A DNA stretch of 64,000 bases from Minisyncoccota bacterium (GTDB taxonomy: Bacteria > Patescibacteriota > Minisyncoccia > Minisyncoccales > RBG-13-42-11). Made by a program: the position numbers and the translations under genes. Where the stretch lies: the NCBI GenBank assembly GCA_028712445.1, contig JAQTPY010000001.1:120290-184289 (forward strand), read 5' to 3'. Below are positions 34,044-43,128 of the stretch, in pieces (positions within the stretch are counted from its first letter, which is position 1; each line of letters opens with the position of its first letter). The notes under the pieces were generated by a model, which did no database searches, was not told the origin of the DNA, and saw only the letters and a list, made by a program, of their open reading frames with translations.

Positions 34044-34757
34044 TCAGGATTCTTCCCGAGGATACGGGAAAGTCCTTATTTTCGCTAACCTTTTTAAGGC
34101 GAAAGCGAGATAAATAGCTAAAGAAAGCAATATTATTGCAGGGATCAAAAATGAAAACGCTCCCTTTATTCCAATGATAGAAGAATTATAGATTCCATGC
34201 AAGAGGGTGACGATTAACAGCCCTTTTACGAAGAGAAAGGTGTTCTTTTGGCAAATGGACAGAGCGAGAAAATATCCCAGGGTTCCTGAGCAAAGAGCGT
34301 GCAAAAAGGTGGCTCCCAAAAACCTGAAGGCGCTTATGGATAATGTTTCCCGGAGGAAAAACTCAGGTCCCAAAGAAAAGAGAATCAAAATATTTTCAAT
34401 GGCGGCAAAGCCCATGGCTACCGTAATCATGTATATTATGGCATCGATGGGTTCGTCGAATTCACGGTGATTCAGTGCCTTTTCTCTGACCACCAAGTAT
34501 TTTATAAACTCCTCAACGAATGCCACGCCAAGGACCATATTAAGGATTGAGGTTGCCAAAAAAGGAAGGTTGAATTCTCCGATGAATTTTATTATGCCCA
34601 TTTCAATTAAAACCACAGGTAGGGCAATGATCATGCCGTAAAAAAAGATTTTCAAAATCATCCTCTTTGGCTCAGGATGAACATCTTTCCTTAAAAAGAA
34701 AATCAGCCACAAGAAACTGGGTAGTGTTCCAAAGATTATATATAGAAAGTAAGACAT
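34044..34757 (-). CDS. PrsW-family intramembrane metalloprotease
   Basis: 237 aa, polytopic. EEFIKY (ExxK) motif and FLHALCSG / HGIYN His motifs typical of PrsW/CPBP-like proteases. Confidence 0.7.
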   Translation of the reverse strand: MSYFLYIIFGTLPSFLWLIFFLRKDVHPEPKRMILKIFFYGMIIALPVVLIEMGIIKFIGEFNLPFLATSILNMVLGVAFVEEFIKYLVVREKALNHREFDEPIDAIIYMITVAMGFAAIENILILFSLGPEFFLRETLSISAFRFLGATFLHALCSGTLGYFLALSICQKNTFLFVKGLLIVTLLHGIYNSSIIGIKGAFSFLIPAIILLSLAIYLAFALKRLAKIRTFPYPREES

Positions 34758-34779
34758 TATTGCGGGTCAGCAAATTTAC

Positions 34780-36825
34780 TTATTTTGGCCAATCTTCAAC
34801 CATTAAACACTCTTTTTTGTTTTCCAGGGGAAGTTTTTGGTAAATTTCTTCAGTGACAAAGGGAATAAAAGGATGGAGCAGTTTAAGGGAGGAAAGCAGA
34901 GTGCAGATCAGTATTTTCTGAGTCTTTTCGTCTTTCTGGGCTTTAGATTCCTCAATATAGGTGTCGCAGAAATCATGCCAGAAGAAGTCATAAAGAGTTT
35001 TGGTTGCGTCTCCGAATTCATATTTTTCAATGTTTTTATTTACGGCTTTTATTGTTTTATTCAAAGCGTTGAATACTTTTTCATCAGCTTTCGTTAATTT
35101 ATCCTTCTTCGTCAAAACTGCGGGAGACTCATTGATCTGTCCAAGGACAAATCGGCTCGCATTCCAGATCTTATTGCAGAATTTTTTCCCCATTAAAATA
35201 TTATCCTCGGTGAATCTTATATCCTGTCCGCCGGTGATCTGCCAGGTTAATCCAAAGCGGGTGGCATCGGCTCCGTATTTATCAATTAATTGCAAGGGGT
35301 CAATTCCTGTTCCCAACGATTTGGACATTCTTTTTCCTTCCCTTGTCAAAACCGTGGCGTGGCCGTAGTAATTGCCGAAAGGTTCCTTTCCCATGAATTC
35401 AAATCCTGAGAATGTCATTCTGGCTATCCAAAGATTGATAATGTCCCTGGCTGAGGTGATGAAGTTTGTAGGGTAGAAGGTTTTTAAATCATCTGTTTTC
35501 TCAGGCCAACCCAAGGCGGCAAACGGCCAGAGAGCGGAAGAAAACCAGGTGTCTAAAACATCGGTCTCTCCTTCCAAAGGAATTTTGTGGCCCCACCAGA
35601 TTTGGCGGGAAATGCACCAGTCTTTAATGTTGCCCAGCCAGTCAAAATAGATTTTCTCGAAGTTTTTAGTGGCGAACTTCACTTTCTTTGATTTTACGGC
35701 CTTGATTGCCGCCTTGGCCAGGATACCCATTTTCAAGAACCACTGCTTTGAAGCAATAGGTTCTATGACGGAGTTGCAGCGATAGCAATGGGGAACCGAA
35801 TGAGTGTAATCTTCGATTTTTTCAATCAGATTGTTTTTCGTTAATTCTTCAATGACTTTTTCCCTGCATTCCGAAGGCAGAGCCCCTTGGCAGATTACAG
35901 ATTCTTTTGTCATTCTTCCTCTTTCGCTGATCACCTGGATAACTTCAAGATTATGGCGGAGACCTATTTCCCAGTCAGTCAAATCGTGGGCAGGAGTGAC
36001 TTTCACTGCTCCCGTTCCGAAACTCATATCTACGGCCAAGTCTCCTATTATAGGAATTTCCCTGTTTAAAATGGGGAGAACTGCCTTTTTTCCGATTAAA
36101 TCTTTGTATCTCTTGTCTTTTATATTCACTGCTACTGCGGTATCTCCCAGCATGGTTTCGGGTCTGGTTGTGGCAACAACAATGTATCTTTCTTTGTTTT
36201 CTTTCAGGGGATAGCGGAGGTGCCACAATTTACCAGTTTCTTCCTTATATTCCAATTCCAAATCAGAAAGACTGGTCTGGCATTTAGGACACCAGTTAAC
36301 TACCCTTTTTCCCTGATAAATCCATCCTTTCTCGTAATAATGCTTGAAAGCCGTTTCAACTGCTTTCACATACTTTTCATCCATGGTGAAGCGGGTTCGA
36401 GACCAGTCTGAAGAAATACCGAGCTTCTTTAATTGTTCCAGGATTATATTCCCGTACTTCTCCTTCCATTGCCAGATTCTTTCTATGAATTTTTCTCTGC
36501 CTAAATCAAAACGGGAAATCCCCTCTTTTCTTAGTTCTTTTTCAACGACATTCTGAGCGGCGATGCCAGCATGATCAATCCCTGGCAGAAAAAGCGTTTT
36601 ATATCCTCTCATGCGGTGATATCTTATTAAAATGTCAGCTAGAGTATTCTCTAAGGCATGGCCCATATGGAGGGATCCTGTAATGTTGGGAGGGGCCATC
36701 ATGATCGTGTAAGGTTTTCCATTTCCCTTAGGAAGGTTGTTCGGATTAAAAAAACCGCTCTTTAGCCAGAGTTGATATATCTTTTCCTCCGTTTCTTTGG
36801 GATTGTAAGCTTTTGCAAGTTCCAT
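34780..36825 (-). CDS. valS: Valine--tRNA ligase (compact form without C-terminal coiled coil)
   Basis: 681 aa. PPNITGSLHMGHA (HIGH), KMSKSLGTG (KMSKS), and the CP1 editing motif TTRPETMLGDTAVAV. Confidence 0.9.
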   Translation of the reverse strand: MELAKAYNPKETEEKIYQLWLKSGFFNPNNLPKGNGKPYTIMMAPPNITGSLHMGHALENTLADILIRYHRMRGYKTLFLPGIDHAGIAAQNVVEKELRKEGISRFDLGREKFIERIWQWKEKYGNIILEQLKKLGISSDWSRTRFTMDEKYVKAVETAFKHYYEKGWIYQGKRVVNWCPKCQTSLSDLELEYKEETGKLWHLRYPLKENKERYIVVATTRPETMLGDTAVAVNIKDKRYKDLIGKKAVLPILNREIPIIGDLAVDMSFGTGAVKVTPAHDLTDWEIGLRHNLEVIQVISERGRMTKESVICQGALPSECREKVIEELTKNNLIEKIEDYTHSVPHCYRCNSVIEPIASKQWFLKMGILAKAAIKAVKSKKVKFATKNFEKIYFDWLGNIKDWCISRQIWWGHKIPLEGETDVLDTWFSSALWPFAALGWPEKTDDLKTFYPTNFITSARDIINLWIARMTFSGFEFMGKEPFGNYYGHATVLTREGKRMSKSLGTGIDPLQLIDKYGADATRFGLTWQITGGQDIRFTEDNILMGKKFCNKIWNASRFVLGQINESPAVLTKKDKLTKADEKVFNALNKTIKAVNKNIEKYEFGDATKTLYDFFWHDFCDTYIEESKAQKDEKTQKILICTLLSSLKLLHPFIPFVTEEIYQKLPLENKKECLMVEDWPK

Positions 36826-36853
36826 ATATGGAGATTATATCATGAAATGAAAT

Positions 36854-37705
36854 TCATTGAATAACTAATTTTTCGTATTTTTGCAAATCTTCTGCATAAT
36901 GCTGAATAATTTCCGAAGAAGATAGCGCCTTGCTGTAAATTCGCGGCTCATCAATGGAGCCAGAGAATCGGCCGATAAGCAGATTGCCAAAACTTGAATT
37001 ATTTATCAGAGCTCCAGTTATATTTCTTTCTCTTTTTTTATCGCCATTAACATAAAAAGCCATTAAATTTCCATTTTTTACTCCGACTATGTGGTACCAA
37101 GTATTTGTTTGAAAATCCATCAAGCTGTGCACTCCCTCGTGGCCAATCCAGGAAGAGTCGCTGCTTACATCGTTGCTTGTTTTAAAAAGGAAATACAATT
37201 TATCTCCCGCCCAATCGCCTCGATGAAAAATTTGATAGAGGCCGTTATTCAACAATTCTTCATTCGCAGACCAGGAATTTGCCTTAAACCAGAATTCAAT
37301 TGTTATATCGCCGACAATATTTAATTCTGCTCCGTTACCGCAATTGACGTACTGACTGCTTCCGCTAAAACTCAAAGCATTTCCAAGAGTTCCTGTGGCG
37401 GTGACGGCGCCGTTGATAAATCCGTTATTTCCATATCCTGAGGCATCATAGGCCGTGGAGCCCGAGGTCTCATCAAAACTCCACATCCCAACCGCTTCAA
37501 CTCCTAATGCATGCCGAAGCCTGGCTGAGAATTCGAGGTTCTTGGCTATTCTGGCTTTTTCTCTTGATCCTTGAGTGGCAACCAAAACGATTGAAGACAA
37601 AAGACCTATAATTGATATTACTACCAGAAGCTCAATGAGGGTGAATCCCCTTAGAAGATTTTTGCTGGGCCTTATGTTGCCGGATGCGGCCCTTAATGAT
37701 TTCAT
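36854..37705 (-). CDS. Type IV pilin-like protein with a C-terminal LamG/concanavalin-A-like domain
   Basis: 283 aa. Long leader, then G|[22 protein letters not shown]-terminal pattern ..W.HIVGV.NG..M.FYVNG......G.IDEPRIYSKALSSSEI is typical of Laminin_G_3. Confidence 0.7.
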   Translation of the reverse strand: MKSLRAASGNIRPSKNLLRGFTLIELLVVISIIGLLSSIVLVATQGSREKARIAKNLEFSARLRHALGVEAVGMWSFDETSGSTAYDASGYGNNGFINGAVTATGTLGNALSFSGSSQYVNCGNGAELNIVGDITIEFWFKANSWSANEELLNNGLYQIFHRGDWAGDKLYFLFKTSNDVSSDSSWIGHEGVHSLMDFQTNTWYHIVGVKNGNLMAFYVNGDKKRERNITGALINNSSFGNLLIGRFSGSIDEPRIYSKALSSSEIIQHYAEDLQKYEKLVIQ

Positions 37706-37727
37706 TTAAGATTATTGTATCTTTTTC

Positions 37728-37756
37728 TTGATATTTTTCAAATTTTAAGCTAAAAT
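37728..37756 (+). promoter_or_regulatory. Sigma70-type promoter for tRNA-Glu and the abutting GT2 gene
   Basis: TTGATA (37728-37733), 17-nt spacer, TAAAAT (37751-37756). The tRNA starts at 37764. Confidence 0.6.
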
Positions 37757-37763
37757 CTTACTT

Positions 37764-37841
37764 GACCCTATCGTCTAGCCTGGTCTAGGACGCCAGGTTT
37801 TCATCCTGGCAACCGGGGTTCAAATCCCCGTAGGGTCGCCA
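37764..37841 (+). tRNA. tRNA-Glu(UUC), CCA encoded; the terminal A is the A of the next ATG
   Basis: Acceptor GACCCTA/TAGGGTC, anticodon stem CCAGG/CCTGG, loop TTTTCAT, T arm CGGGG-TTCAAAT-CCCCG, then G-CCA. Confidence 0.85.
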
Positions 37842-39376
37842 TGGTTTCTGAGGAAAATTACCTTAATATCACTCGCGCTTCAGACCTTTCTAATCCGAAA
37901 GAAAGAGCGCTTTATCGTTTTTTTGAGACCCTCCCTGCTCTGCTTTCTTTGGGCACATTGTTGGGGGCCCTGATTTTCTCCTGGATAATTCCTGTCTCTG
38001 TAGCTTTTTTTATTATTGTTTTTGATTTCTTCTGGTTTTTAAGAATTTTTTATTTGGCCTTTCATCAAACCTCAAGCTTCAGGCAGATGAAAAGAAACCT
38101 GAAAGTTAATTGGCTAGAAAAGTTGGAAAAAGAAAATCCTGACTGGCAAAGGGTTTATCACCTAATCATTCTGCCTTCCTGCAGAGAAAGTAAAGAGATA
38201 ATCAAATCTTCTTTGGAATCTTTGATTGTTTCAAATTATCCTAAAGAAAAAATGATTGTCGCTTTGGCTATTGAAGAAAGAATGGGGGAAAATGATTTTA
38301 AGGAAGCCAAAGAAATAGAAGAGGATTTCAAGGGAAAGTTTTTTAAATTCATTGTCACCTCTCATCCGGAAGATATGCCGGGTGAAATTGCAGGGAAGGG
38401 GTCAAATGTGGCTTTTGCCTTAAATGAGGTAAAAGATAAAATAGTCGATCCTCTTGGTATTCCCTACGAAAACATCGTTGTTTCCAGTTTTGATATCGAC
38501 ACCAAACCCTACCCTTATTATTTTGCCAATTTAACCTGGAATTATCTTAATAATCCCAATCCCTTTCGTTCAAGTTATCAACCCATACCTGTTTACAACA
38601 ATAATGTCTGGGAAGCCCCGGCCTTTTCCAGAGTGATCGCCACTTCAGGCACTTTCTGGCAAATGATGCAGCAGGAGAGGCCGGAACAGTTGGTCACATA
38701 TTCGGCTCACGCCTTCCCTTTTAAAGTTTTTATTGAGGCGGGTTATCCTTCAAATATAGTGGCTGACGATTCCCATGTTTTTTGGAAAGCATATTTTAAA
38801 TACGACGGGGATTATAAAGTAGTTCCCCTTTATTATCCTATTTCGATGGATGCAGTTCTGGCTGAAAGTTTAAAGAGAACGGCGATAAACCAATACAAGC
38901 AGCAAAGGAGGTGGGCCTGGGGGTGCGTTGAAATTCCTTATCTGCTCTTTAATTTTTTGAAACGAAAAAAAATTCCTATGGCTGAAAAAATCCGCCATTC
39001 CTTCACCATTATTGACGGTTTCTGGTCCTGGGCCACTTCTTCCCTTTTGGTTTTTATTTTGGGCTGGCTTCCTCTTTGGCTGGGAGGCGATGAATTCCAA
39101 AAAAGCCTTCTTTCATATAATCTTCCTAAAATCACAAGCTATATTATGAGTTTTGCAATGATCGGAATGTTGGCCTCGGCCATTACCAGCCTTGCAATTT
39201 TGCCTCCGAAACCGGCAACGTACGGAAAATTTAAAAAATTATCCATGGTTTTCCAATGGTTCTTATTACCGATAACTTTGATTGTTTTCGGCAATCTTCC
39301 GGCTCTGGACGCCCAGATAAGATTGCTTTTAGGAAAATATATGGGCTTTTGGGTGACAGAGAAACACCGTAAATAA
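37841..39376 (+). CDS. Processive family-2 glycosyltransferase (cellulose/chitin-synthase-like, membrane-integrated)
   Basis: 511 aa. N- and C-terminal TM helices. DxD-like SSFDIDT. The QQRRWAWG motif (QxxRW) is characteristic of processive GT2 enzymes. Confidence 0.7.
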   Translation: MVSEENYLNITRASDLSNPKERALYRFFETLPALLSLGTLLGALIFSWIIPVSVAFFIIVFDFFWFLRIFYLAFHQTSSFRQMKRNLKVNWLEKLEKENPDWQRVYHLIILPSCRESKEIIKSSLESLIVSNYPKEKMIVALAIEERMGENDFKEAKEIEEDFKGKFFKFIVTSHPEDMPGEIAGKGSNVAFALNEVKDKIVDPLGIPYENIVVSSFDIDTKPYPYYFANLTWNYLNNPNPFRSSYQPIPVYNNNVWEAPAFSRVIATSGTFWQMMQQERPEQLVTYSAHAFPFKVFIEAGYPSNIVADDSHVFWKAYFKYDGDYKVVPLYYPISMDAVLAESLKRTAINQYKQQRRWAWGCVEIPYLLFNFLKRKKIPMAEKIRHSFTIIDGFWSWATSSLLVFILGWLPLWLGGDEFQKSLLSYNLPKITSYIMSFAMIGMLASAITSLAILPPKPATYGKFKKLSMVFQWFLLPITLIVFGNLPALDAQIRLLLGKYMGFWVTEKHRK

Positions 39377-39377
39377 G

Positions 39378-41585
39378 TTATTCCAAGTGAATCCTTTTGG
39401 TAAACTCCTGCAATCTTTCCCGCAAAGCGGGATATTTTTTTAATTGAGGGTCTTGGCTTAAAATTTCTTTTGCCTCATTTCTGGCTTCAGAAACCATGAC
39501 TGTATCTGACAATGACGCCATGGCCAAGTCGGGAAGTCCCCATTGGCGCTGGCCGGTAAAATCGCCAGGGCCCCTGATCTGAAGATCTTTTTCAGCCAGT
39601 TCAAAACCGTTATCGCAACTTACCAGGGCTTTTAATCTTCTGTTGGTGACAAATCCTGGTTCATTAGTAAAAAGAAAACAATAAGATTGCCATTCAGCTC
39701 TCCCCACTCTTCCGCGGAACTGGTGCAATTGGGCCAATCCGAATTTTTCAGAACCCTCGATCATCATCACTGAAGCGTTGGGCACATCGACTCCGACCTC
39801 AATCACGGAAGTGGAAACTAGAATGTCCAACACTTTTTCTTTGAATTCCCACATCACATTTTCTTTTTCCTTTGATTTCATTTTTCCATGGAGCATTCCT
39901 ATTCTTAAATCAGGGAATATTTTTTTTGAAAGTTTTTCATATTCCTGCTTGACCGCCTTAACGTCCATCCACGACAAGCTTCTTTCGTCTAACAAGGGGG
40001 CTTGCCCCTCCATAGCCCCGCCTTGCGGGGCGGAGGGTGGCTCTATCCTTGGACAAATGACAAATGCCTGCCTGCCCTCTTTGATTTGTTCCCGGATGAA
40101 TTCGTAGGCAGACTCTTTTTCATGAGGCTGGATTATTTTTGTGATTATCTTCTTTCTTCCTTTGGGCATCTCATCAATAACAGACAGATCCAAGTCTCCG
40201 TAAACCGTTAGAGAAAGGGTTCGTGGTATCGGGGTCGCAGTCATAGATAATAAATGAGGAATGAAATCTTTCTGCCTGCAAAGCTTCGCTCTCTGTTCCG
40301 TTCCGAAGCGGTGCTGCTCGTCTATGACAACCAGAGCCAGCTTACTAAACTGCAAAGGAGTTTTCTTAGCAGTGGAGGGGTCGGTGTCCTGGATTATGGC
40401 ATGTGTTCCGATTATGATGTCTGCCTCATTTTTCCTTATCTTTTCCAAAAGTTTTTTTCTTTCAATTTTTTCTTCTTCAAAGTAGCTTTCCTTGCCGGTG
40501 ATCAGTGCCACTTTTAAATCAAAATTCTTTAAGACTTCGTTTATTGTTTTGAAATGCTGTTTTGCCAGTATTTCTGTGGGAGCCAAAAAAGCAGTTTGAT
40601 AGCCCGATTGAGCCACATTGAGAGCGGCTATGGCCGAGACAACTGTTTTGCCTGAGCCCACGTCTCCTTCAAGAAGCCTGTTCATGGGCCTGGATTTTTC
40701 CAGATCTTTCAGTATTTGCCAGGCGCATTTTCTTTGGGCATCAGTCAGTTTGAAAGGAAGGTTTTCAGTGAATTTTTTTATTAGACCTACATTTATAGGT
40801 ATGTCTCTTGCGTTTTCCTTGGCTAGCTTTAACCTCTCTTTAAGGACAAAAAGAGAAAGATTAAAGAGTTCCTCAAAAGAAAATTTTTTCCTTGCTTCCT
40901 CAGCTTCCTTTAAAGAATCAGGAAAGTGTATTTTCCAGAGAGCGTCTTTTATTGAAAGGAACTCGTATTTTTCAGATATCTTTTTAGGAAGAGAATCCGG
41001 CAATTCGTTTTCAGGGCGGATCAGGCTTGCTAAGATCGGCTTTATAATAAAGCGCAGCCATTTTGAAGACAGTCCTTCTGTTTCAGGATAAACCGGGATT
41101 AAGCCGGCAGTATGAGTGAGGTCTGCTTTTTCTTCTTTGAAGTTTTCGGGCAGTTTCTCATAAGCTGGGCTTGATAGATATTTTGAACTCTTTTTGCCCC
41201 TTATTTTTCCTGCCAAGCAAACAAAAGTTCCTTTCTTTAAGGTGTTTACCAAATATGGCTGGTTGAACCAGAGAGCTTTTATCTTTCCTGTTTCGTCCGC
41301 GATCTCGGCCTGAGTGAGCATCATCCTTTTTCGGAATGCCCTGAAAACCCGAATGTCTGTTATCTGTCCCTGAATGCAAAAAGGCTTGCCCGCCATAGCT
41401 TCAATGAAGGCAGGGCCGCCTTCGTGGAGGTCAGCAATTTTTACCAGGTTTGAGAAATCTTCGTAACGATGAGGAAAATGAAAGAGGAGCTGGCCTACAG
41501 TTTTGATTCCCAATCTCTTTAATCTTTTCTGATATTGGGGTCCGATTCTGGGAATGTTTTCAACTGAAGTGGAAATGAAATCCAT
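39378..41585 (-). CDS. recG: ATP-dependent DNA helicase RecG
   Basis: 735 aa. N-terminal wedge/OB domain. Helicase motifs GDVGSGKT, DEQHRFG, SMTATPIPRT, QLHQFRGRVGR. Confidence 0.9.
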   Translation of the reverse strand: MDFISTSVENIPRIGPQYQKRLKRLGIKTVGQLLFHFPHRYEDFSNLVKIADLHEGGPAFIEAMAGKPFCIQGQITDIRVFRAFRKRMMLTQAEIADETGKIKALWFNQPYLVNTLKKGTFVCLAGKIRGKKSSKYLSSPAYEKLPENFKEEKADLTHTAGLIPVYPETEGLSSKWLRFIIKPILASLIRPENELPDSLPKKISEKYEFLSIKDALWKIHFPDSLKEAEEARKKFSFEELFNLSLFVLKERLKLAKENARDIPINVGLIKKFTENLPFKLTDAQRKCAWQILKDLEKSRPMNRLLEGDVGSGKTVVSAIAALNVAQSGYQTAFLAPTEILAKQHFKTINEVLKNFDLKVALITGKESYFEEEKIERKKLLEKIRKNEADIIIGTHAIIQDTDPSTAKKTPLQFSKLALVVIDEQHRFGTEQRAKLCRQKDFIPHLLSMTATPIPRTLSLTVYGDLDLSVIDEMPKGRKKIITKIIQPHEKESAYEFIREQIKEGRQAFVICPRIEPPSAPQGGAMEGQAPLLDERSLSWMDVKAVKQEYEKLSKKIFPDLRIGMLHGKMKSKEKENVMWEFKEKVLDILVSTSVIEVGVDVPNASVMMIEGSEKFGLAQLHQFRGRVGRAEWQSYCFLFTNEPGFVTNRRLKALVSCDNGFELAEKDLQIRGPGDFTGQRQWGLPDLAMASLSDTVMVSEARNEAKEILSQDPQLKKYPALRERLQEFTKRIHLE

Positions 41586-41590
41586 AATAG

Positions 41591-41662
41591 TGTCCCCAGA
41601 GGGAATCGAACCATCATTTCAGCCTTCGCAGGGCTGCGCTCTATCCGTTGAGCTATGGGGAC
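41591..41662 (-). tRNA. tRNA-Arg(GCG)
   Basis: Acceptor GTCCCCA/TGGGGAC. D arm GCTC-AACGGATA-GAGC, with A20 as expected for Arg. Anticodon stem CAGCC/GGCTG, loop CTGCGAA. One mismatch in the T stem (GATGG/CCCTC). Confidence 0.7.
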
Positions 41663-41712
41663 GTGACGGATTAATTTTAACACAAAATAGTTTAATTTCA
41701 ACCGGAATCAAA

Positions 41713-41741
41713 TTGACTTTAGGGAGTTTTAAAGATAAAAT
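41713..41741 (+). promoter_or_regulatory. Sigma70-type promoter for the tRNA-Ser pair
   Basis: TTGACT (41713-41718), 17-nt spacer, TAAAAT (41736-41741). The tRNA starts at 41754. Confidence 0.6.
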
Positions 41742-41753
41742 ATGAAGGAATAC

Positions 41754-41840
41754 GGAGAGGTGGCTGAGTGGCCGAAAGCGGCACGCTGCTAATGTGTTAA
41801 GGTAGCAATACCTTCGTGGGTTCGAATCCCACCCTCTCCG
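41754..41840 (+). tRNA. tRNA-Ser(GCU)
   Basis: Acceptor GGAGAGG/CCTCTCC, anticodon loop CTGCTAA, long variable arm, T arm GTGGG-TTCGAAT-CCCAC. Confidence 0.8.
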
Positions 41841-41863
41841 CATTTTTAACAAAGCAATGCTTT

Positions 41864-41955
<92 letters not shown>

Positions 41956-41956
41956 G

Positions 41957-41977
41957 CTCCCTTTAAGGGAGTTTTTT
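41957..41977 (+). terminator. Rho-independent terminator after the tRNA-Ser pair
   Basis: CTCCCT-tta-AGGGAG followed by TTTTTT. Confidence 0.6.
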
Positions 41978-42016
41978 GTTTGTTAAAGATTTTTCTTATG
42001 ATACAATGGAATAATT

Positions 42017-43111
42017 ATGTTTAACTTTTTGCAGATTTTCCTTCCTCAAAGATTTTTGGGAATAGACGTCGGGACATCTTTTCTTAAAATTGCAGAAGTT
42101 TCAAGATTCGGAAACCGGAGGAAGCTAGAAAACTACGGCTTTCTTTCAGCTCAGGTGTTATATGAGAAGCCTTTCAGGACTTTTGACAAAAATACTCTTC
42201 TTCTTTCAAGCGATGATGTAAGCCGAGCCATAAGAGCAATAATGGAGGAAGCTAAAATCAAAACCAATCAGGTTGTTTTTTCGATTCCTGATTTTTCAAC
42301 TTTCTTCACTAATTTTGAACTGCCCCAAATGACCAAGGAGGAATTGCCCGAAGCTGTGCGTTATGAGGCCAAGCAGCACATTCCCTTTCCATTAAGCGAG
42401 ATGACGTTGGATTGGAAACTGGTTCACGATAAGGCCGTGTTGCAGAAAGGAGAAAATTTAAAAATCCTTCTGGCCGCCGTCCCCAACGAAGTGATCAATC
42501 AATATAATTCAATAGCCGAAAAAGCCAATTTGAAGCTTTATGCTCTGGAAGCGGAAGTTTTCAGCTTAATAAGGTCTCTGGTCAGCGAGGATGAAAAATT
42601 ACCATTGGCCATAATCGATATTGGAGCTCAAAGCACCACTTGCAGCATAATTGTTAAGAGAAGTCTTTATGGTTCTCACAGTTTTAATATGTCAGGAAGC
42701 AACCTTATTGCCGCTGTTTCCAAGGGTTTAAGCATTGACTATAACAAGGCGCAGGAATTGGTGATAAAATTCGGAATAAGTTCCGGGGAAATTCAAAATG
42801 AAAATAATCCCAGAGAAATTCTTCTTCCTTTAATAGATGTTATTTTAAGCGAGACAGATTCTGTTTTAAATAATTTCCGTAAAGAGAAAAATCTGCCAGC
42901 AGAAGGAATTTCAAAAGTCATAATTGCCGGAGGAATGGCATTGATACCCGGCTTAAAAGAATATTTCGCTGAGCATTTGAAAGCAGAGACAGTAATTGCC
43001 AATCCTTTTACCCACCTTTTTTACCCCCCGATTTTAGAAAATAATCTTCAGGAAAAAGGCCCCTCTTTTTCCATAGCGGTGGGAGCAGCCCTTCGCGGCT
43101 TGGAATATTAG
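42017..43111 (+). CDS. pilM: Type IV pilus assembly protein PilM, set 2
   Basis: 364 aa. LGIDVGTSFLKIAEV start. Same length and layout as the ORF at 13805. Followed by PilN/PilO-like genes. Confidence 0.8.
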   Translation: MFNFLQIFLPQRFLGIDVGTSFLKIAEVSRFGNRRKLENYGFLSAQVLYEKPFRTFDKNTLLLSSDDVSRAIRAIMEEAKIKTNQVVFSIPDFSTFFTNFELPQMTKEELPEAVRYEAKQHIPFPLSEMTLDWKLVHDKAVLQKGENLKILLAAVPNEVINQYNSIAEKANLKLYALEAEVFSLIRSLVSEDEKLPLAIIDIGAQSTTCSIIVKRSLYGSHSFNMSGSNLIAAVSKGLSIDYNKAQELVIKFGISSGEIQNENNPREILLPLIDVILSETDSVLNNFRKEKNLPAEGISKVIIAGGMALIPGLKEYFAEHLKAETVIANPFTHLFYPPILENNLQEKGPSFSIAVGAALRGLEY

Positions 43112-43128
43112 GTATATAATATTTAAAT

